Source of the DNA: Vermamoeba vermiformis
Taxonomy: Eukaryota
DNA length: 64,000 nt
Reading direction: 5' to 3'
Assembly: GCA_045837725.1 (NCBI GenBank)
Contig: JBEWZL010000184.1
Coordinates: forward strand, 248,001 to 312,000
A model generated the notes under the pieces. It was not told the DNA's origin, did not search any database, and saw nothing but the letters and a program-made list of their open reading frames with translations. This document shows, piece by piece, positions 38,001 through 49,434 of this stretch. The position numbers and the translations under genes are program-made. The stretch's first letter is position 1. Every line of letters starts with the position of its first letter.

Positions 38001-40851
38001 GGCCACTGTTACTGTCATTATCAATTTCTCCAACACTCCCCCAACGTCAGCTAGCTTAACCGTGACTACTGCTCAAGACACAGCTGTTGCGATCGACAAG
38101 CTCTCGTACTACGATCCTGACGCTGGTCAAACGATCAAGTTGTACTTCGCTTCATTGCCCACTGGTACTTTGAACTCTGTCAGCACGAGCTCTGCTGTGT
38201 CATTGTCAACAGCCTTGACCTACACCGCTAGCTCTTCGTGGAACTTGACTTACACGCCCCCTGCTGGTGCTTATTCTGCTAATGGCGTCGTGTACACCAC
38301 GTTCACGTTTGTCGTTAACGATGGCTACGCTAACTCGACGATTTACACTGTGTCGATCTACGTGACCAAAGCTGTTGTCGTGAACACTGCTCCGACAGCT
38401 AAGGACTTCACATTCACAATTAACGAAGACGAGACCAGCACCACCGCCCAGACCATCTCTTTCAAGCCCTACATTAACGACACTGAAACTCCGAACAACT
38501 TGACCGTAGCTTTGTCATCGCTCCCTGACTCATCAAAGGGCTCCGTTCTCAACTCTGACGGAACTTCTTTGGTCGTTGGCACCACGGCCATTTCAAGCGC
38601 CGTTCGCTTCGTTCCTGCACAACACCAGTACGGCACAACAACATTTAAGTACACCGTCACTGATCCTAGCGGATTATCCGCAACTGCCACTGTCACGGTG
38701 ATTATCACTTTCATCAATTACCCACCGACTTCAGAGAACGTGACGATCACGATGAATGAGATCAGTCAACAGAACGCGGCTTTGGCTGCTCCTGTCGCGA
38801 TTGCTGGCGCTGACATTGAGAGTACTTCACTGAGCTTGGTCATCGTTACTCTGCCTTCAAAGGGTCTGCTGATCAATCCCAGTACCGGTAACTACATCAC
38901 TGCAGTACCTTACACACTTAGCGGTGGCTTGTCGTGGACTGTCAACTTCTTGCCTGCTCAATATGGCTACGGAACTCCTTACGACACGTTTACTTACAAG
39001 GTGTACGATGGTTCGAGCTACAGTGGCATCTACTACGCAACTATCAATGTTAATTACGTGAACCAACCTCCTACTGGCCAATCTTACTCGGGCACCACCA
39101 AAGAAAACACGCCATTGAAGGTCACGTTATCCGCATCAGATCCCGATGATGACACTTCGACATTGGACACGCTCTTGCTCTCGTTCTCTTCGACTACTGC
39201 CGGCACTTTCTACACCGATTCTTCGTTGACCACAACGATCTCAGCTAACACTCAACTCACTGGCACTACCTTCTACTTTGTTCCCAGCGACGGTGTTTAT
39301 AGCGTGCCAGCTACATCTCCTGTCGTCTCATTCACGTTCAAGATTGTTGATCCTCATGGCTTGACCTCCACATCAACTTACACTGGTGTCATCTACGTGA
39401 CCTTTGTTGATAAGCCTCCTTACTATGAAGGCGCCTTGAACATCACTGTCTACGAGGAAGCCGTCGCAGCTCTCAGCTTGGCTTCACTCGGACAAGTCAT
39501 CAATAAGAATGATGCACAGACCCCGACCTACACCATCACCATTACTCAGATGATCTCGCGAGGTTACTTGTGGGAATGCACTGACGGCTCTACCTCATGC
39601 ACGCAGTGGAACATTTCAACCACTCCTTACGTCGTCAAGAACACTGGCTACACCTTGTACTTCACCTCGTTGACTGGAGATCACGGAGAATCACCTGACT
39701 ACTACTACGCTACCTTCAAGTTCACCGTCTCAAGCTCTACGACCTCACTCGTGAGCGCTGAATACACGTACACAATCTTCGTTCTGCCCGTCTGGCACCC
39801 ACCAGTGGTTGTCCCCAGAACATTTGCCGCGACTCCTTCTCGTACCTACACTGACGAGAACACACCTTTTGTCTTGGAATGGACTGCCTACAACGTTGAC
39901 AAAGAGTTCGACAATTCGACATTGACTTCAAGAGTGTCAGTGACCTCTGATTACGCGTCCAAGTACTACTACTGCGTTGAGTCCTCCGACAATGACTGCG
40001 TTCAGGGCAACGAGATTACATTGCCCGCAACTATTACGGCCCTCAGACCTGCTTTGTGGCGAATTCTCTTCGTGCCCGAGACCGACACTTATGACACGCT
40101 CAAGTACGCGACTTTCACGTTCCTTGCCACCAACACCGAGACTGCCTTGTCATCTACTGGTGTCAGAGCTATTATGGTCGTTCAACCAATCAACAAGCCT
40201 CCAACTATCACCGCTGGAGACATCACTGTTCAAACACCCGATGACTTGACTATTGGTATCGGAAGTGTCTCCGTTGCTGACCCTGATGCTGGCTCCAAGA
40301 ACGTTTACCTTGAAGTTTCAGTTGTCAGTGACACTACAACCTCAGTATCGCTCTCAGTTTCGACCTACTTCACGCACACTCATTCAGTGGCTCCTCCTTG
40401 CACTCAGACTACCAACCAATCGTTCACTTGCACGGACTCACAATCGAATCTCCGCACTTACCTCGCGTCTCTGTACATCAAGCTTGGCGACAACAGCACG
40501 TCCTCAGTGATGTTGAACATCTACGTGAATGACTTGGGTCACACTGACAAGCTCAACAGAGCCCTCAACGCGACTAAGAACATGACCATCACGATCACCG
40601 ATCAAAGTGCAACCACTTCGAGTAGCCCAACAGTCGATAATGGTGTGCCTATTGGTGTTTCGATTGCTGGTGCCGCAGCATTGGCCGGAGCAGCAGTGTT
40701 GATTTGGCGATTGAAGAACAAAGCTGGCCCTGCTGACGATTACTTCCAGTCTCTCAACTCTGGCTCGAATGATGCAAGCACCAATCCGCTGTATCAAGAG
40801 CGCAATCAGACTGTCCAATCACCGCTCTATCAAGCAAAGAACGTTGTGTAA
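35082..40851 (+). CDS. Sib-like (similar to integrin beta) adhesion protein: DUF4114-like, vWA, tandem cadherin/Big-like repeats, TM, NPxY tail
   Basis: Signal peptide; GFEDLYGLGDKDYND; vWA DVMIVLD..VGWR; repeated N.PP.A..FTY.V.D units; Gly/Ala-rich TM; cytoplasmic NPLY and SPLY. Confidence 0.8.
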
Positions 40852-40915
40852 TTCTAGTTCAATATTTCATTCCTTCGCTTTAGATACATAAAATACAATA
40901 TTATTCTCAGAAAAC

Positions 40916-42099
40916 CTAGTCTTCCTCATCTTCTACAGGCTCAGCTCCCCACACCACAACACCGTACATCGCCGGTACTAACTCGTTGAGACGACTTTGC
41001 GTTAGTATGGCGAGCTGCCACGTATTAAGATCTCTCTGGTAATAAGGTTGGCCGGGTGTGCCGGTCCGCTTGCCCATGGGACCTGAAATGGAACCATAGC
41101 CGTACGTAGTTTGTTCCCACTGAGCGAGATCCAATATGTCCAGCCTACAGCCATTCACCTTGCGGTCCCACTCGTCTTCATGAGCTGGCACCAGCGAATA
41201 AAAGTCCAGCGATAAATTGTCTTTTCGTGCAACAAGTTCATTTCTCGGCTCCATCAGAAAGATTACAACGGCCGGGTCATCGCGCATAAGTTCAGCTCGC
41301 CGTTCAGCCCATTCTCTGGCTGCGTTCCAATCATCACCAACGTAGAATCCGAGACGATAGCAGGGTATGAAGTCCGTCGAGCGACAAGTTGATAAACGAA
41401 TGTTGTCAATGATACTAAGCGCGCTGGACCACGTAGTGCCGTGATACAATAACCCCTTGCCTTGCTCTTCAGCGTAAGACCGCAAGTCTTTGAGTGTTAG
41501 TTGTAGCTGCGACTCCATCCCTTCTATTGTCCTAGGTGCATTATACACGCACAAGTCTTCTCGAGTTGAAGAATTAACGTTGTTGGAGGCTTCGCGAATT
41601 GAGATCCACGCGCCTGGCTCAGTCGAACAACGAGTTGCTTGCAAAATCCAAAGGTTCTTGAATAAACCCTCAACCTCCTGAAGCAATGTAGTATGGGCGC
41701 CCATCTTTTGAACGGCGTTGACTATTCGTTGGGCTGCATCATGAGTGAAGCAGAAGTGTTCTTCAAGCAGCTCCAGCTCATCGGACCGCGATGAAGGCAC
41801 TGATGCCAATTTCATCTCCGCAAAGTCGAGAATCGCCTCGTTGTCTGGCGTAACATCTCTTACGAGTGCAAACTTATTCATTACCCAATCTGCGACCTTT
41901 AAAGCATTATTAAAAAATATTTTATTAAATGCAAACAAATTTACCGAAAAAATGTACGCTTACTTTACCAATATCAATTCCGCCCCGTTCGAAGCGAGCT
42001 AGTATTTCGTGAGCCCAGTTTAGCTCATCTTTTGCAGGAGTATCCTATTCAACAGGTCAATCGTTCGAACGAAATTGATTAGCTAAGTAGGCGTACCAT
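40916..42099 (-). CDS. DUF3990-like ADP-ribosyltransferase-fold protein, paralog 1
   Basis: LYHGT, TDF..GFYVG, SISGPM and TWQLAI motifs; three exons, the first being ATG only. Confidence 0.7.
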
Positions 42100-42296
42100 T
42101 GCTGAGACACAACTGCCTTGTGGTATCAGTCAGACAAATGTGGCGCTGATTTGTGCCAAAGTTTTTTTGCTTTTCTTGTTTGAGAATTTTCTCTTAACGA
42201 GATTGGCAGCAAAGATCTGCAAACATCGCGAACTTAACTTAACTTTTACTCACGGCTACACCACACCAAGTAAAATTTATTTGCACGTACATTATG

Positions 42297-43465
42297 TCAC
42301 GTATTGGACTCACCGCCCCACACGACGACACTGCACATTGCAGGCACTAGTTCGAAAAGGCGACGGTGAGAAATAATTGCAAGTTGCCACGTGTCAAGGT
42401 CTCGCTGCCAGCAGGGCTCGTCTGCGGTACTGCCTCTTTTGGTCATTGGTCCAGAGATAGACCCAAGCCCTTCTGTTTGTTCCATCCATTGATGGCTGTA
42501 GCCCCTAGGCAGGTCCAATCGACAGCCGTTGACCATTCGGTCCCAATCATCTTCTTGTCCGGATCCATCATACAGATCTAACGAGAGATTATCCGGTCGT
42601 GCAATGAGCTCTTTCATTGGCTCCGTTCGATAGATGAGTACAGCAGGGTCTTCGCGAAGATATTTTGATGCTTTTCCTTCTGCCCACTCTCGAGCTGCAA
42701 ACCAGTCGGCTCCAAGATAAAATCCGCCAAACTCTTCTGGCACAAAATCTGTTGCACGTCCAGATATCAACCTCGGTTTACGAATGATATTCACTGCACT
42801 GGACCACGTTGTGCCATGATAGAGCAAGCCAAAGCCTAAGCTCGCCGCCTGAGCCCATAATTCTTTCAGTGCCATTTGCAGCTCGTCTTCTGCACCGCTG
42901 ATCGTTGTTGGAACGTTGAATATGCACAAGTCGTCGCTACATTTTGGATCCACATCCTTGATGACTTCGTGCACCGAGATCCATTGGCAGGGGGTACTTG
43001 AACAGCGGCTAGTTTGAAGGATCCACGCGTTCTCAATCAGGTCAGCAACTTCTTGCAAAAGAGTAGTATGACCCATCCTATGTACGGCGCTGATGATGCG
43101 TTCAGCGCTTTCCTTTGTGAACAAGAAGTGTTCTGTAAGAAGTTGAAGCTCATCGGTCCAAGACGACGGAACCGAAGCCATTTTCACCACTAAAAAATCA
43201 AATATGGCGCTACTGTCATCTAAATGCCACCTGAGTTTCACAAACTGAGTTGTCAGCCAATCCACGAGCTGAAAGGAAATAAGTAAGAATTCAAATCCAG
43301 GATCAGCTCAACGCAGTTGTCTTGAATTACCTTCAAAGCAGTTATTCCTGCACGCTCGAATTTTGTAAGAATATTCTGTGCCCACAGAGGAATTTCATCA
43401 GGAGAAGCGGAGTCCGATTCCTAAGCTCGATCAGTACTTTATCAAACCACGTTAAGACTTACCAT
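42297..43465 (-). CDS. DUF3990-like ADP-ribosyltransferase-fold protein, paralog 2
   Basis: Same motifs (LYHGTTWSSA, TDF..GFYLG, SISGPM, TWQLAI) and the same exon structure as paralog 1. Confidence 0.7.
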
Positions 43466-44101
43466 TAGCGGTTAGGGTAGGAAATAATGACCGTTGTAAA
43501 ATACTCTCTATTGTGGTGACCAACGGTGTTCAATTTGTAAAGCCAGCAAGCTGAAAATTGAAAAGTATTGCATCTGCAAACTTCTTCGAGTTACCAAGCA
43601 CGATTTTTGCAGCTGAAAACATCCCAGCGATGGACGGATATTTATCTTGGAATAATAGTCACTATTATGATAACTATAAAACGATTGTGTAGCATTGCTA
43701 TTTTTGTTTGTTAACGTTCCACGACAGATCTGTTATGACCACGATGTTCCGTTTAGTGGTGCAAATACTGTATTAATAAGGTAACCGTGCACAACGACTC
43801 GTAGCTAACTCTTTTAAGAACGTATGTACCCGGGCAATTTCCATCTCAGTTCCGTTACGATACTCGCTGCAATGTGTTTTGTGATAGCCACCATTGCCCG
43901 AGGGATCAGTGTGCTCCCACAAGCACCAAATATCTTCTACTGCATGTGCATCGTATGGATGGCCGTTAAAAAACATAAAAAACAGGCCTGTATGGTACAC
44001 CGGTCCTTTGCCTAAAAATTACCACTGCGTTAGATCCGGATCTCAATTACTCCAAGTAAAAAATACAGTTCTTAAATAGTAATATGACCTCGCTTTATAA
44101 T

Positions 44102-45784
44102 TTAGTTGGATGAAGCTAATAATCTGAAATTATAGAACCACTCAATGTAAAGAAAATCAACGACGTCAGAAATTGATCGCTGCGTCGGATCCGCAATTGT
44201 CGTTTTGACTCTATGATGCCAAGACTCAATGATACTATGAAAGTTCTTATGAACGTCTTGGAACGCCACTGCCCATTCGCTCGGTGGATGTTGAGTCATC
44301 CAAGTGTCTCTGAAGTAGCGCATGAACCGTGCCAAATCCTTGCCGTACTTCTCGTTAATTAATTTCAACTGCATCTCGAACAGTTCTTTCGTAGGCGCTA
44401 GAGCAAGATGCCTCATAGTCTCAAGTACCAGATCAGCCTTAACGGATCCACCGTTCAATTTCTCGCGTATCTCTTCGATGAAGAATGTAGCACTTGATAT
44501 CAACTGTGTCTTATTCTCTTTGATCTTATTGTTGAATTTTTCAGCGCAAGATTTTCTCAGAGACTCGTCGTGAGGCATGATTATCGTTGCAGGAACTTTG
44601 TTGCATCGGTCGAAAACTTCATTAAGAAACATTGAATATGACTCGCTTGTCGGACTCTTTGTGATGTAGAATGCTACAGGAATTCCAACGCCCTTGAAAT
44701 TGATCATCAATGTCGCTAAGGTCAGATCCGATCCGCTATCCGACTGCACTCGAAAAGAGAATCTATCGAGGTATATGACATCTCCATATGTATTCATTGC
44801 ATATTGGATATGTTCAGCGTCGAAAAATATCATGCCCAAATAAGGCAAGACCTTCAATTTTTGCACGAAAGACTGCTGTTCCGACGAATGGAGGTGGGTC
44901 TCAATAATCTTCTTAATATCTGTAACGAATAATTTCATATTGCCACCGACACCTGCTATTGCTTCAGCTGATAATAACGCGTCAAAAATACTTTGCTAAA
45001 GTTTTTATTAGATCAAAACTTACGTGTCTTAAGTAGATCCAGTACTGCTTTTGCAGAGATAGGCTCGCTTGAATATATCTATAAAACAGTTAGAATATAC
45101 TCTAATTGTGCAATATTAGAATTAATACCTTTTTAAGCTTCGAAGGTGCAGACGTTGGTGGATCACGATCCATGGATTCAGACTCTTTGTCATTGTCGGA
45201 GTCCTCATTTTCTTTCATACTATCCTCACTATCGCTGGATATACTATAATCGTTTTCTGGAGGATGATTATGCTCCCCTACGAGCTCTCGGTCAACTATT
45301 TTGTGTTTGGCGGATTTGCTCGCAGATGTGACTCTCATTTTTGCCTTGCAGCCCTTCTTAGCATTTATACATGCGCAATAAACTCTATATCGACCATCTT
45401 GCATGATATTAGTGCCGTTATTTAGCCACTTGAACCTCGACCAATGCGGATTTGAATCTGCGAATGTGATGCAAATTAGACAAATTATTTCGAATATTAC
45501 TATATAATAATCAATTATTATTTTAATTTACCTGCTGCTTCTAGATCTGGCTCTGGCTCTTCGGAAATTTCGCTTGACTTAGACTCGTCAACGACCTCAT
45601 TATCATTGGAATATGCCTCATCGCCCTCCATAATATTATGCTCAGTATCCTCATGTTCAACCTCCATTTGGGTCGGTTGAGTGAGCGGATCTGCATAATC
45701 ATCGTATGCATCCGATCCGTCGAAGGCACTTATATTTGTAGTACTGAAGAAATTAAAATACTCTGAATGTGAATTGTCCTCCAT
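44102..45784 (-). CDS. MULE transposase-derived protein (WRKY/FLYWCH-like Zn finger + MULE domain), probably domesticated
   Basis: YCAC..GCKAKM..GEHNH Zn finger; GDVIYLD, GIPVAFYI, F..YF..TW and IIESWH MULE segments. It has introns, and no terminal inverted repeats were seen. Confidence 0.8.
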
Positions 45785-45902
45785 TTCTTATGTGGTATTG
45801 CGCAGTTAATTTGAATCAAAAATGTTCAGATCCATTTGCGCCAAAAGTTGCATTTGCGTTTGCGTAACAAATCCCTCAGAGACCGAAAAAAAAAAAGAAA
45901 TA

Positions 45903-47178
45903 TTATAGTATTGTATTTTCAATACCATATAGTACTAAATTGTTACCCTTGAAGATCGTGGTTAAGAAGTTAAAATCGGATCGGATCCGTAATTTCAATA
46001 AAAATGTAAATTTGGCAATATTTTGTGACGTACCTTTAATAAAGCAGATGAATTTGTCCCAATATTTACGACTTTCGCTGCTTGAATTCTCTTTAACGAA
46101 TCTTTCGACGTAATCAGTTCCCCATAAGTTCGATCCCGGAATTTTTTCTGCCAAATAAAGTTCAGAATACTCTACTGGACTTCTTATTATCCACTCAGAC
46201 AACGGCAGCAATTCTTCTGCATCCCAATGCTTAATTTTGCCGCCATTTTTCAGCATGTAAAGTTTCTACAACCACCGAAATAAAATTATTATTACAAGTC
46301 CCTCGATGGCTATTCTGAGATATTCCATTCGTTACTTGCTCTTATAGGACGCGGTATTTCAATATTTAACCGCTCTTCAGTTTCTCTAATCTGTTCTAAA
46401 GTCGCAGGTGGATCAGTACTTAGAATTACATTTGCTGCCAATTCCACTATTCGATCCTCCTATGAATAGCCATTAAATTATTTTAATTAATTATAGTATG
46501 GATATAAATCGTCGAAATTGTCGTTCCTCACTACAAACGCACGTTGGATCAATCTAACAAATTTCTTAAAATTACTTACTTCAAATAAATAGCGCTTGGA
46601 ACGATATCTCCACGAAGACTCCGATAATTTCGATGCCTTAACATATTCTTTACGCTGCATACGCGTCTTTCGATCCTCGAGGTAAAACTCGATCATTTCT
46701 TCGTCCCATGTGGGCATTTCTGGGTCCTCATCAGACACTAAATATACTGTGCTTAGTATATGATACAGCGTGTGTATATTCGTACTCAAGCCATCAAGAT
46801 AAAAATAATCACAAAGGCCGTAAGCTGGATCTGCTTCATCTGGCAAATCCCAATAATCCTAAATAACAATACAATAAATTAATACCTGGATTATATTATC
46901 TTTTTGTACGTACTTTGTCCTTGTAACGCTCATATTCGCGCTCGAAAGGACGTTTCCAAATCCAATCCAATTCTGTGCTTGAAAATAACGCAGAAAATCT
47001 ATTGATAATTATGATTCAGTTTACTAGCGTCGCATTACCTGTATTTTAATTTATTAATCTATTAAACGTGATTTTACCTTCGAGAAACGTTTTCCCAGGA
47101 GACCAAATCAGATATCGTTAAATGCTTCGCCATTTCTATCATTAGCTCGTTGGGTAAGGGTAATAGTAAAGAATCCAT
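45903..47178 (-). CDS. F-box + SMI1/KNR4 (SUKH)-like domain protein
   Basis: F-box LLPLPNELMIEMAKHLTISDLVSWENVSR; SUKH start PPATLEQIRETEERLNIEIPRPIRAS. Confidence 0.7.
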
Positions 47179-47223
47179 TATAACTCAGATTGCGGTTGCT
47201 TTGGGTTCAAAAAAAAACAGAAA

Positions 47224-49252
47224 ATGAAAAGATTTGATTTTTACAAACATAAAACCACGCGAGACTGGATTATGGAGCACCAAAAATACACAGTCGATGA
47301 AATTTTTAGAAATAAAAATATACTGGCTCCCCTTGTCGGTGGGTAAGTAATTCTGATCAACTTTTTTGGTTGGATCGCACCATGATACGAATAGTATTGA
47401 GTAATAATCGTTATAACTATTTTTAAAATTACTATTAATTTAAGCATGTATATTTGACGGCTGTAACTGCATTATTAATTATTTTCCAGATCTGATCTCA
47501 GTTATCGGTTGACCACGCGACGATTTGGAGCGCAAGTAACTTTCACTGAAATGTGCATTGCAGAGTATTATTTAAATACCGATGGAAGAAAACTTAAATC
47601 GTATCCTATCACGCCTTCTATAGCCAGTTATTAATTTGCAATAATTTTAGTTAATTTTCTTTAATTATACCGCTAGATACACCTTCGAATTCGACCCTAC
47701 GGATAGACCTTTAGTTCTACAATTAGGAGGAAATAAACCAGAGCCTATTATCAAATTAGCCAATCACGACATGTAAGACAAGCAAAATTCGATCTCCTAG
47801 TAATATTTAAATAATTATTATTTTTAGGTTTAAAGGCCATGTTGATGCATTAGATATTAACTGCGGATGTCCGCAGTCATTTGCACTCGAAAAGGGCTAC
47901 GGCTGTGCATTGTTAAACAAGCCCGGTGATTTGACGAGCATGTGCAGAGAAATCGGTACGTAAAATATCAATAATAAAAACCAATATACTGGTTCGCCAA
48001 TACGATAAATTTTAAACTGGATCCGTTTTAGAGATTGGATCCGGATCTGCATAGCTCGTATTTCTTATGTTTACTAATCTTTGCAAATATTTAGTGCAAC
48101 AAGTACCATATCCAGTGTCAGTTAAATTAAGATTATGCGATAGCGTTGAAAATACAGTGCAAATTATGACCAAGTTGAAGAACGTTGGTGTGAAGGCCTT
48201 CACAGTCCACGGAAGATATTATTGGCAAAAAGGAGACAAGCGAGGCATTAATGACTGGGACGCTATAAAGTAAGATACCAAATATAGACATCTACTCGTA
48301 CTTACAAGACAAAAATTTATCGTCAAAGTCAACCTGTGACACGTGTCAAAAAAAGCCAATAATTTAATCTTCATTAGTCACCAACAATTAATTACTTGGT
48401 TTAATATAGGATAATACGAGAGTCGTTCCCAGAAATACCAATTGTCGGCAATGGCGATGTTACGACATACGAAGATTTTGAAAAATTCAAACAGTTCAGC
48501 GGAGTTGATAGTGTTATGGCAGGGTATGTATTCTATGTCCATTACTTCTTAATTATAAATTGTACGTATTGTTGGTCAACAATTAATTTTGTTTTTGTTT
48601 CAGGTACGGGGCACTTTTGAATCCGTCAGTGTTCAGCTCGACACCAGTAGACCTCACGACGAGGCTAGAAACTTATCTAACCATCGCACGAAAGCATATT
48701 AATAAGTTAGTTGATGTACAGCGACACGTGGCGTGGATGTTGAAAAAGCACGCTGAACCAGATCTCAAAATGAAATTATTCCAAGCCACCAATTTCAACG
48801 AAATACAGTACGTATATAGATATAATCCCTTATTTTCTGGTTGGTGCCATCCAGATTACCTATCTTTCGTAATTGGATCCGCGTACTTACAGCCATCGTA
48901 AAAGGTCGTGGTATTAATAGATAATAATTTTATTAGGAATGTACTGCATGGCTTGAATCCCCCTGTAAATATAGCTATTTCGCCGTTAGGTGAAGGCGAA
49001 GTAGATCGGATCCAGTACCCGCGACCTCGCGCTGAACATAAAAAGCGTAAACGAGAAGAAATGAAGAGCAACAAATCGCCAAAATTAAAATTCAGCAGAA
49101 GTAATGATAATGAAAAGGTACCACAAGACGGTACTCAAAACGAAGACAAACCAATGGAAAATAATAATAACAACGAAACAAATGTAACAGACGATAGCAG
49201 TAATAATATGAACATCAATAACATGTTGAATAATAACAACGGCGAAGAATAA
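47224..49252 (+). CDS. tRNA-dihydrouridine synthase (DUS family)
   Basis: ILAPLVG, DRPLVLQLGG, LDINCGCPQ, GYGCALL, VSVKLRL, FTVHGR and IVGNGDV motifs. Confidence 0.93.
48337..48348. promoter_or_regulatory. TGACACGTGTCA palindrome, intronic copy in the DUS gene
   Basis: Perfect 12-bp palindrome in a longer-than-usual intron. Confidence 0.45.
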
Positions 49253-49434
49253 ATGCGAGGTGCCGAAAGTATTCGTTACAGGTAAATAAGTAAACAGTAT
49301 TCTCGGCAGAGGAGCAGATCGAGGTAAAACCGCAGCGTTAAGAAATTAATTTAATGTATGCTAAAGACCTTTTATTTACACTAATTGAATATGAAGTAAG
49401 CTTATAAGGTAATTACTGCCGGAGAGAGCAAGTC

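Noticed and set aside
42011-42040. GCCCAGTTTAGCTCA resembling a tRNA 5' end
   Set aside because: No T-arm or cloverleaf follows; it is the antisense of a coding exon.
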